A stretch of DNA of 64,000 nt from an uncultured Muribaculaceae bacterium (GTDB taxonomy: Bacteria; Bacillota_I; Bacilli_A; RF39; UBA660): assembly GCA_964384115.1 (NCBI GenBank), contig CAYLJU010000001.1, positions 6,469-70,468 of the forward strand. The letters run 5' to 3'. Position numbers and translations under genes: made by a program. The stretch's first letter is position 1. The number at the start of each line of letters is the position of its first letter. A model generated the notes under the pieces. The model saw nothing but the letters and a program-made list of their open reading frames with translations, ran no database searches and was not told where the DNA came from. Shown piece by piece: positions 28,783 to 37,134 of this stretch.

Positions 28783-30499
28783 AATACAAAAACATCCAAG
28801 TTATATATATGCAACACAAATTGTTAATAATGAAGTTGAACCACCTGAATTATATTATGAAAGAAATGGTGAAAAAAAATTTATATCACCAAAATATGTA
28901 AAAAAACAATGTCAGATATTTTTAGATATAGCAGATGGTAAAGATGCTAAATATATTATCAATGAAAATCGTGTTGGTAAAATAGATAAAATATTAAAAA
29001 TATTGAAGATGGCAAAAGGGTTAAAAGTTGGCGAAAGAATATATAATTCATTAGCAGGTTATCAATGGTTGTTAATAGTTGCAAGTCTTTGCACAGTTTA
29101 TAGGGAAGATAGAAAAAGAAGAAGATACGAAACAGTAATATTGGAAATATGTCGTAAGAATGGTAAAACATTTATAGTTGCATTATTGATGTTATTATTA
29201 TTTTATCTTGAACCAAAGTATTCAAGATTTTTCTCTGTTGCCCCTGATGGAACATTAGCAAAAGAAATAAAAGTTGCACTTGATTTGTTAATTAGTGCAA
29301 ATGATGATGTTTTTGAAGAAAAAGAATTTAAACCTTTAAGAGATAGCATCACACATAATCCAACAGGTAGTGTTTATACACCACTTAATACTTCTAAAAA
29401 TAGAATGGATGGTCGTGAACCAAATGTATTTGTTGCAGATGAAGTTGGTGCATTAGTTGGTTCTTATCCAATAGAAGCCATGAGGTCAGGGCAATTATTA
29501 GTTTTAAATCCATTAGGTTTTTTAATTTCAACTAAATATCCAACATTTGACAATCCAATGGAAGATGAAGTCAATTATGCAAAAAAAGTATTAGATGGAT
29601 TAATTGAAGATGAGCAAATATTTGCATTGTTATATGAGCCAAACGAAACAAAAAATTGGACAACAGATGATGATATTATTTTACAATCTAATCCACTAGC
29701 ATGTGAGTTATTAAAAGTTTATAAAGATTTATTAAGTAAAAGAAAAAAAGCCATTGAAACTGAAAGTAAAAGAGAAAACTTTTTAACAAAGCATTGTAAT
29801 ATTATTTATCAAGGTGCAGGAACAGAAAGTTTTATTGATGTAAGTGAAGTTCAAAAATGTAGGGTTGAAAAAATAGATTGGACTGGTAGAGAAGTTTATT
29901 TAGGTGTCGATTTAGCAATGTCAAATGATAACTGTGGTGTAGGAATGGTTGCTGATGATGATGGCACAATATTAGCAGAAGCAATTGGTTTTGTACCAGA
30001 GGGAAGAATAGAAGAAAAGAACCAAATTGAAAAGATTAATTATAATGAATTTATAAATGCGATGAAGTGTATTGCCTGTGGGGATAGAACAGTAGATTAT
30101 AAAGTTATTGAAGAATTTGTTTTTTCAATAGAAGAAAAATATGATGTTGTAGTTATGGGTATTGGATATGATAGATATAATGCTTTATCATCAGCCCAAA
30201 AGTGGGATACAAAATATACCACTGTTCAAGTAAGACAACATTCAGACACATTGCATCCACCAACTAAATTATTATTTGAAAAAATAATGAATAATGAATT
30301 TAAGTATGAAACAAATAAATTATTAGAAATTAATTTTCAAAATGCAAAATGTGTTTATGACACAAACATGAATAGATATATACATAAGAAAAAATCAAAT
30401 GGTAAAGTGGATTTAGTGTTCAGTTTATTAAATGCAATATATTTATTGCAACAAGAAATTTATTTAGAAAATGGAAACTTTTTTGTTCAAGTTGGATAA
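28757..30499 (+). CDS. terL: terminase large subunit
   Basis: Walker A ICRKNGKTF, nuclease domain Asp/Glu blocks; 580 aa. Confidence 0.9.
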   Translation: MMMTMTTSKIQKHPSYIYATQIVNNEVEPPELYYERNGEKKFISPKYVKKQCQIFLDIADGKDAKYIINENRVGKIDKILKILKMAKGLKVGERIYNSLAGYQWLLIVASLCTVYREDRKRRRYETVILEICRKNGKTFIVALLMLLLFYLEPKYSRFFSVAPDGTLAKEIKVALDLLISANDDVFEEKEFKPLRDSITHNPTGSVYTPLNTSKNRMDGREPNVFVADEVGALVGSYPIEAMRSGQLLVLNPLGFLISTKYPTFDNPMEDEVNYAKKVLDGLIEDEQIFALLYEPNETKNWTTDDDIILQSNPLACELLKVYKDLLSKRKKAIETESKRENFLTKHCNIIYQGAGTESFIDVSEVQKCRVEKIDWTGREVYLGVDLAMSNDNCGVGMVADDDGTILAEAIGFVPEGRIEEKNQIEKINYNEFINAMKCIACGDRTVDYKVIEEFVFSIEEKYDVVVMGIGYDRYNALSSAQKWDTKYTTVQVRQHSDTLHPPTKLLFEKIMNNEFKYETNKLLEINFQNAKCVYDTNMNRYIHKKKSNGKVDLVFSLLNAIYLLQQEIYLENGNFFVQVG

Positions 30500-30544
30500 C
30501 TTTCACATTTTTCACACTCTATTAATGATATAATGTATATGTAG
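30497..30544 (+). repeat. downstream copy of the 48-bp repeat (non-coding relic encoding LSHFSHSINDIMYM*)
   Basis: aactttcacatttttcacactctattaatgatataatgtatatgta; contains TGATATAAT. Confidence 0.6.
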
Positions 30545-30600
30545 AGAAATGAGAACAAACAGAGATGTTTGTTTTTTTGTTGCTGAAAGGTGGTGAAAAC

Positions 30601-31863
30601 ATGGGATTATTTAATTGGATTTCAAAAAGAGATGAGTCATCTGTATCAACAGAAGAAACAGAAACAACTGTTGATGAAGTAGTTGAAACAGAGTCAGCAG
30701 GTGATGTATTGCTTAAAGCATTATTAAAAAGTGAAACTATTAATAAAAATAAAGCAATGTCTATCCCAGCAGTTTCAAGTGCAGTTGATAAAATTTCAAA
30801 TATGGTCGCAATGCTTCCTATCAAGTTGTATAAAAAAGAAACAACAGAAGATGGAAAAGTTAAAGGTGTAGAAATACACGATGACCCAAGAACTAAAATT
30901 TTAAATCAAGATACTGGTGATACATTAGACCCTTTTCAATTAAAGAAAGCCATCGCAAGAGATTATCTCATTGAAAAAGGTGCTTATGTTTTTTTAGAAA
31001 AAAAGCAAGGTGTCTTTCAATCAATTAGATATGTAGAACCTAGTCAAGTATCTATTCTAAAAAACTGCGACCCAATATTCAAAGATGCAAAATATGAAGT
31101 AAATGGAAAAAGTTATGAAACATATAATTTCTTAACTATTTTAAGAAATACAACAGATGGTGCATCAGGTAAAAGTATTGTTGATGAAATATCTAAATCA
31201 TTAGAAACTTCATTTACAACTATTTTATATGAATTAGGGCTTGTTAAAAAAGGTGGTGGAAAAAAAGGATTTTTAACTGCTACAAAAAAACTTGGTAAAG
31301 AGGAAATGGCAAATTTAAAAAGAGCATGGAATAGTTATTATGGAAATAATGAGGAAAATGTAATTATTTTGAATAATGGTTTGGAATTCAAAGAGGGTTC
31401 AAATTCTTCTGTTGAATTACAGATTAATGAAAGAAAGAAAACATTAAAAGAAGATATAAATGATGTATTCCATATTTCATCTAATTATGATGAAACTGTA
31501 AAAGATGCAGTTATGCCAATAGTTAGTGCCATTGAAAGTGCTTTAAACAAAAACTTCTTGCTAGAAAGCGAAAAAGGAGTTTTTTATTTTGCATTTGATA
31601 CTAAAAACATAACTCGTGGTTCATTAAAAGAAAGATGCGAAGCATACAAAATGGCTTCTGATACTGGATGGTTAGGAATTAATGAAATTCGTGCAGAAGA
31701 AGATTATGATGCTATTGATGGTTTAGATGTTATCAAATTAAGTCTAGCAAATGTTTTTTATGATACTCAAAACAAAAAATTCTACACACCAAACACTGGT
31801 GCATTAATGGATATAAGTGCAGAAACACAGAATGGAGGTGAAAATAATGAAAATACAGGTTAG
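30601..31863 (+). CDS. portal protein (HK97-family type)
   Basis: position after terL, ~420 aa; start ATG 30601 behind AAAGGTGGTGA. Confidence 0.75.
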   Translation: MGLFNWISKRDESSVSTEETETTVDEVVETESAGDVLLKALLKSETINKNKAMSIPAVSSAVDKISNMVAMLPIKLYKKETTEDGKVKGVEIHDDPRTKILNQDTGDTLDPFQLKKAIARDYLIEKGAYVFLEKKQGVFQSIRYVEPSQVSILKNCDPIFKDAKYEVNGKSYETYNFLTILRNTTDGASGKSIVDEISKSLETSFTTILYELGLVKKGGGKKGFLTATKKLGKEEMANLKRAWNSYYGNNEENVIILNNGLEFKEGSNSSVELQINERKKTLKEDINDVFHISSNYDETVKDAVMPIVSAIESALNKNFLLESEKGVFYFAFDTKNITRGSLKERCEAYKMASDTGWLGINEIRAEEDYDAIDGLDVIKLSLANVFYDTQNKKFYTPNTGALMDISAETQNGGENNENTG

Positions 31864-32737
31864 AGATGACAAAGTTGTCATTGATGGTTATGTAAATGCA
31901 GTTGAAAGATTTTCTAAAATACTTACTAATAAACAAGGCAAGAAATTTATAGAAAGAATAATGCCATCAGTATTCCAAAGAGCCATTGAAAAAAATGATG
32001 CTATAAAAGTTTTATTAAATCATAACTATGATATGGAACTTGCAAATACAAAAGATGGAACTGCACAACTATTTGAGGACAATATAGGATTAAGGGCTAT
32101 CGTTGAAATTACTGATGCTAATGTAATAGAAAAAGCAAAGCAGAAAAAATTAAGAGGTTGGTCTTTTGGTTTTATTTGTAATAAGCAAGATGAAGAAGTA
32201 AATGAAAAAGGTATCAGCGAAAGGACAGTTCGAGATATTGATTTATTTGAAGTGTCTATTATTGATGATAAAAAAATACCTGCCTATATTGGTACTAGCA
32301 TAGAAATGCGAGATGGTGAGGTTAAAGAAATTGAATTTAGAAATTCAGAAGATTTAACAGAAGAAGAAACACCATCAACAACAGAAGATGATAAATCAGA
32401 TGTTGATAATTTTGAAAGCATGACTGCTTCACAAAAAAGAGAATTATTAAATGGTTCTTATAGACAAACATTTAATAATGGGTGGTTAGAAGATTATGAT
32501 GACTATTTTGTTTATGGAACTATTAAAGAAGATAGTACATTATATAAAATGCCTTACACCATAACTGATGGTGTGGTTAATATTGACACTACTAAACAAG
32601 TTAAAGTGGTTAGAGGTGGATATAAAGAAGTAAGGTATGATGAAAGACCCGAGCAACAACCAACAAAGGAAGTTGAAAAAATAGATTACTCGACTTATGA
32701 GGAAAGAATTCGAAAAATTAAGGAGGAAATAAAATGA
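31847..32737 (+). CDS. HK97-family prohead protease
   Basis: MKIQVRDDKVVIDGYVNAVERFS... S78/U35-type N-terminus; start ATG 31847 behind GGAGGTGA. Confidence 0.75.
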   Translation: MKIQVRDDKVVIDGYVNAVERFSKILTNKQGKKFIERIMPSVFQRAIEKNDAIKVLLNHNYDMELANTKDGTAQLFEDNIGLRAIVEITDANVIEKAKQKKLRGWSFGFICNKQDEEVNEKGISERTVRDIDLFEVSIIDDKKIPAYIGTSIEMRDGEVKEIEFRNSEDLTEEETPSTTEDDKSDVDNFESMTASQKRELLNGSYRQTFNNGWLEDYDDYFVYGTIKEDSTLYKMPYTITDGVVNIDTTKQVKVVRGGYKEVRYDERPEQQPTKEVEKIDYSTYEERIRKIKEEIK

Positions 32738-33927
32738 ACGAATTAAAAAAATATGCTGAAATGAAAGCAAGTAAGCAAAAAGAAATGACAGATTTAGTCG
32801 ATAAAGTAAAACAAGAAGAAAGAGCATTTACACCAGAAGAAGATGAATTATTTACTCAATTAGAAAAAGAAATTCAATCTATCACTGATACTGTTGCGAA
32901 AATAAATAAAAGTCGCCAATTAACAGAAGAAAAAGATGGTGAAGATGCTGGAAATAATGATGATAAGGAGGAAAAAGAAGATATGAAAGATGAAGAAAAA
33001 AGAAGTTTAGAAGAAATCGAACAAAGAGATATTGAAGCATTTGCTAAATATATCAGAGAAGATATTATGGAAGAAAGAGCAGACAGTGGTATGACTGTTG
33101 GTTCAAATGGTGTTATTGTTCCTACTTCAATTGCTAATAAAATAATCACTAATGCAGTTGATATGTCACCAATCTTATCAAAAGCAACAAAATATAATAC
33201 AAAGGGAACATTAGAAATTCCAGTATATGGAAAAACAACAGAGGGTGCAGATATTACTGTTGGATATGCAGAAGATTTTAAAGAATTAGAAGCAAAAGCA
33301 GGAAATTTCACTTCTGTATCATTAAAAGATTATTTAGTTGCATCACTTACATTAATTGGTAAGAGTTTAATCAATAATTCTGATATTGATGTTGTATCAA
33401 AAGTTATTGAAATAATGAGTGAATACTTCCAAATCTTTTTAGAGGGAGAAGCAATTCATGGAACTGCTGATAAAATTGATGGTTTAAGTAAAAATACTAA
33501 TAAAGTTGAAGAAGTTGCAATAACTTATGAAGCATTAGTAAAAACTAAAAATGCAGTTAAACAAGCATTTAGAAAGAATGGTATTTGGGTAATGAACCAA
33601 AATACTCAAACATTACTTGAAACAATGAAAGATGGTAATGATAGACCATTATTTAATGCAGACCCAACAGGTGCATTTGATGGTAAAGTATTAGGATACC
33701 CTGTATATGTTTCAGATAATATGCCTGATGCAGTTGCTGGAAATGAACCAATCTTATTTGGTGATTTCAGTGGTTTAGCATTTAAGAGTGCTAAAAATCT
33801 TGAAATTGAAATTTTAAGAGAAAAATATGCTACTCAACATGCAGTAGGAATTGTTGGATTTACAGAAGTTGATATGAAAATCGAACATGTTCAAAAAATT
33901 GCTTCATTAGTTTTAGCGAGTGAATAA
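32734..33927 (+). CDS. HK97-family major capsid protein
   Basis: coiled-coil delta domain then capsid fold; follows protease. Confidence 0.8.
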   Translation: MNELKKYAEMKASKQKEMTDLVDKVKQEERAFTPEEDELFTQLEKEIQSITDTVAKINKSRQLTEEKDGEDAGNNDDKEEKEDMKDEEKRSLEEIEQRDIEAFAKYIREDIMEERADSGMTVGSNGVIVPTSIANKIITNAVDMSPILSKATKYNTKGTLEIPVYGKTTEGADITVGYAEDFKELEAKAGNFTSVSLKDYLVASLTLIGKSLINNSDIDVVSKVIEIMSEYFQIFLEGEAIHGTADKIDGLSKNTNKVEEVAITYEALVKTKNAVKQAFRKNGIWVMNQNTQTLLETMKDGNDRPLFNADPTGAFDGKVLGYPVYVSDNMPDAVAGNEPILFGDFSGLAFKSAKNLEIEILREKYATQHAVGIVGFTEVDMKIEHVQKIASLVLASE

Positions 33928-33929
33928 TA

Positions 33930-34334
33930 ATGTTTCTTGTAAAACAAGGATTTGTTATTGATGGGATTACTGCCACAAAAGGAAAAACAATTAATTTAAC
34001 TGATAAGAAACTTATCAAAAAATTAGTTGATGCTAATTTAATTACTGAATATTCTGCCAAAGAAGCAAGTAATAAAGAACTTCAAAAACAAGTTCAAGAA
34101 TTAGTAAAAACAAACAATGAATTAACTAATAGAATTACAGAATTAGAAGAAGAAAATCAATCTTTAAAAGATGAAATTTCTTCTTTTAATTTAAAATCTA
34201 ATGAAGCACCATCAGAAGATGATGGAAATAGTAATTCTGATGATAATTCAGATGATAATGGCACACCATCAACAACAGAAAATGAAAATCCTGAAACTAA
34301 TAAAGATAATTCGGAAAACTCTGAAAACAATTAG
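33930..34334 (+). CDS. hypothetical head-associated protein with acidic low-complexity C-terminus
   Basis: coiled-coil, Asp/Asn/Ser-rich tail. Confidence 0.3.
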   Translation: MFLVKQGFVIDGITATKGKTINLTDKKLIKKLVDANLITEYSAKEASNKELQKQVQELVKTNNELTNRITELEEENQSLKDEISSFNLKSNEAPSEDDGNSNSDDNSDDNGTPSTTENENPETNKDNSENSENN

Positions 34335-34377
34335 TTGACATGTTGTTCGGGTTAAACTTCCAAAAGGAGGATACAAT

Positions 34378-34671
34378 ATGATTACTAAGGTTAGTGAGAT
34401 TACTGTTGATGATTTAAAAAGTTATCTTAGGATAAGTGATGATTTATCTGCTGATGACAAAAAATATCTATCTACAATTTTAAATGTTTCCAAAGATTAT
34501 ATAAAAAATAACACTGGTATGGATGATATAGATAAATATAGTGATTTAGTTATAGTTGTTTTTGTTTTATGCCAAGATATGTATGATACAAGGACATTAT
34601 ATGTTGATAAAAATAATGTCAATAAAGTTGTTTCATCTATTTTAAGCCAACACGATAATACACTTTTATGA
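34378..34671 (+). CDS. head-tail connector (gp6-like)
   Basis: ...ITVDDLKSYLRISDDLSADDKKYL... connector family N-terminus. Confidence 0.55.
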   Translation: MITKVSEITVDDLKSYLRISDDLSADDKKYLSTILNVSKDYIKNNTGMDDIDKYSDLVIVVFVLCQDMYDTRTLYVDKNNVNKVVSSILSQHDNTLL

Positions 34672-35006
34672 GTCGACAAATAAATGCTGGTAAATATGAT
34701 AAAAAAATTCAAATTTTAGGTATTAGACCAAAAAAGGACAGTGCTGGTTTTAAAGATAATGAAGAATATGTTGTATTAGAACCTTATGCATCAATAAAAA
34801 CAACTAGGGGTTATACCCTTATACAAAATGATAGTGATTTTGAAAAGGCATATACCAATTTCACTATAAGATATCCAAAATATGTATCAATTACTAGGGA
34901 TATGTTTATTAAATATAATTCAAAAAAATATACAATTGAATATTTGAATGATATAGATGAGGAACATATCGAATTAGAAATTCAAGCAAAAGTGGTTGAT
35001 AAGTAA
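34668..35006 (+). CDS. head closure/head-tail adaptor protein
   Basis: size and position. Confidence 0.45.
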   Translation: MSRQINAGKYDKKIQILGIRPKKDSAGFKDNEEYVVLEPYASIKTTRGYTLIQNDSDFEKAYTNFTIRYPKYVSITRDMFIKYNSKKYTIEYLNDIDEEHIELEIQAKVVDK

Positions 35007-35419
35007 TGGCTAAATTTAAAGCAGAATTACCTATCGAAATAATAAGAAGTTTTGAAAAGTTAGAGTCAAGTTGCCAAGAAATGATTGGTGAAATGACACG
35101 AGCAGGGGCAGAAACAGTTTATAAAAAAGCAGTAGTTAATATGAGAAAATCATTTAAAAACTCTACTGATTTAGAAAAATGTTTAAAGATAACTAAAACA
35201 TATAAGACTGCATCTGATGGAGGAATTAACACCAAAATAGGTATTTATGGATATTTAAGAGGTGATAAGAAAAAACCTGCACCTTTGATTGCAAATGCAA
35301 GAGAGCATGGAACATCAAAGGGTGAAGCAAGAAAACCTTTTTTTAAAAAATCTTTTGTTAAAAGTGATATTGAACGAGAAATGAATAGAGTTCAAGAAAA
35401 ATATTTGCCAAAGGAATGA
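35006..35419 (+). CDS. HK97 gp10-like tail-component protein
   Basis: size and position. Confidence 0.4.
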   Translation: MAKFKAELPIEIIRSFEKLESSCQEMIGEMTRAGAETVYKKAVVNMRKSFKNSTDLEKCLKITKTYKTASDGGINTKIGIYGYLRGDKKKPAPLIANAREHGTSKGEARKPFFKKSFVKSDIEREMNRVQEKYLPKE

Positions 35420-35425
35420 TGAATT

Positions 35426-35770
35426 ATGAATGAAGAAATAGAAAAAATATTTCAAGGAAAAATTACTATTGATGAAAAAGATATTCCAGTAAGTTTTATG
35501 GAATATGTTGGTGATAGTGAGGATTATGTAGTTTACTATAACGATGGCAATACCCCATGTTATTATTCAGATGATGATGTTGTATATAGTAATAACGAAT
35601 TAGAATTTAATGTTTATACAAAAGGGAATTATTTAAAAATTGTAGAAAAAATAAAAGAAATAATGAAAGAAAATGGTTATAACTGGTTAGGTGATAATGG
35701 TGATTTGTATGAAACAGATACTAAATATCATCACTTTGTTATAACTTTTGATAAATTAAGGAGGATATAA
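35426..35770 (+). CDS. tail completion/terminator-like protein
   Basis: size and position. Confidence 0.35.
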   Translation: MNEEIEKIFQGKITIDEKDIPVSFMEYVGDSEDYVVYYNDGNTPCYYSDDDVVYSNNELEFNVYTKGNYLKIVEKIKEIMKENGYNWLGDNGDLYETDTKYHHFVITFDKLRRI

Positions 35771-36316
35771 ATGGCAAGAATTGGATTAAAAAATTTCAGA
35801 TATTCATTATTAGATGAAAGTGAAAATGTTAATGAACCTAAATCATTAGGTAAAGCAATTGATTGCAAAGTTTCTTTGGAATTAAATAGTGCTGAATTAT
35901 ATGCAGATGATGGTTTGGCAGAAAGTGATTATACTTTTAACAAAGGAACTGTCACAATTACAGTTGATGATGATGATGACCAAATTTTAGCACCATTATT
36001 AGGTCATAATATTAGTGAAGATGGTGAAGTAATTCGTAAAGATACTGACATCGCACCTTATGTTGCATTTGGTAGAATTTTAACTAAAATTGTGGCTGGA
36101 ACTTATAAGTATAAAGTAGAATTCTTATCAAAAGTAAAATTCAAAGATGCTATGCCTGATGAAAAAACAAAAGGTGAGTCAATAGAATTTACTACTACTT
36201 CAATTGAAGGTTCAGTAATGAAAAAATCAAATGGGGAATGGTCAAAAACAAAAACATTCACTACTTATGATGAAGCAAGTGAATATTTAGATAGTTTATT
36301 GACTAAAACAGCATAA
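35771..36316 (+). CDS. major tail protein
   Basis: position before chaperone-TMP; 181 aa; strong RBS AAGGAGG. Confidence 0.6.
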   Translation: MARIGLKNFRYSLLDESENVNEPKSLGKAIDCKVSLELNSAELYADDGLAESDYTFNKGTVTITVDDDDDQILAPLLGHNISEDGEVIRKDTDIAPYVAFGRILTKIVAGTYKYKVEFLSKVKFKDAMPDEKTKGESIEFTTTSIEGSVMKKSNGEWSKTKTFTTYDEASEYLDSLLTKTA

Positions 36317-36501
36317 TGGTTAAATGTATAGTTATTAAAAGATTTAATGATAAAGATACAAAAGAATTCTATAAACTTAATAAAGTTTTAGAAGTATCAG
36401 AAGAAAGATACGATGAAATCAAAGAGTTTGTAAAACTTTTCGAAGAAACAGTGAAAAAATCTGATAGAAGAAAGGGTAAAGAACTAGAAAAAGAAATCTA
36501 G
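36316..36501 (+). CDS. small hypothetical protein; its 3' end overlaps a terminator/attenuator hairpin
   Basis: gggtaaagaactaga...tctagtctttaccc + TTTTTT at ~36470-36520. Confidence 0.3.
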   Translation: MVKCIVIKRFNDKDTKEFYKLNKVLEVSEERYDEIKEFVKLFEETVKKSDRRKGKELEKEI

Positions 36502-36553
36502 TCTTTACCCTTTTTTAATTTATTTAAATCAAAAAAAGGAGGAAAAAGAAGAT

Positions 36554-36904
36554 ATGAAAGAAAAAGAAGCAATATTTAATGTAAATGGAAAAGAGTATAA
36601 AGCAGTATTTAATTTAAATGTTATGCAAGAAATTCAAAATGAATACGAAACATTTTCTAAATGGGGTGAATTAACAGATGGTAAGAATGGTGAAACCAAT
36701 ATTCAAGCCCTTATATTTGGGATAGAAGCAATGTTAAATGAAGCCATCGATATTGAAAATGAAACATCAGAAAAGAAAAAAGATTATTTTACTCAAAAGC
36801 AAGTTGGTAGATTAATCACTGATATGGGGTTAAAAGAAGCCACACATCAATTAAATCAAACAGTTATTGACTCAACAAAAGATGATACACCAAAAAACGA
36901 GTAA
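36554..36904 (+). CDS. tail assembly chaperone (G product, zero frame)
   Basis: position immediately upstream of tape measure; ends ...TPKNE*. Confidence 0.6.
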   Translation: MKEKEAIFNVNGKEYKAVFNLNVMQEIQNEYETFSKWGELTDGKNGETNIQALIFGIEAMLNEAIDIENETSEKKKDYFTQKQVGRLITDMGLKEATHQLNQTVIDSTKDDTPKNE

Positions 36905-37119
36905 TCCACGAGGAAGAAGAAAATGAAAAAATTGATTTCTCGTGGTTTTCATTTATAGGGGTCACTAAATTACATTTTACAGAAAAAGAAGTATTTAGGA
37001 TGACTTTAAGGAAGTTTAACAAATTATGGGAACATTATAAATTTTATTTTGATTTAGAGAAAAAATCAACTTATCAGGATGTAGAAGAAGCCCAATCAAA
37101 AGATGATGAATGGTTATAG
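36892..37119 (+). CDS. -1 frameshift extension producing G-T tail chaperone fusion (slippery A_AAA_AAC at 36892-36898)
   Basis: -1 frame open from heptamer to TAG 37117-37119 (KRVIHEEEENEKIDFSWFSFIGVTKLHFTEKEVFRMTLRKFNKLWEHYKFYFDLEKKSTYQDVEEAQSKDDEWL*), ending 16 nt before TMP start. Confidence 0.6.
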   Translation, partial: KKRVIHEEEENEKIDFSWFSFIGVTKLHFTEKEVFRMTLRKFNKLWEHYKFYFDLEKKSTYQDVEEAQSKDDEWL

Positions 37120-37134
37120 GAGGGAGGTAATAAT

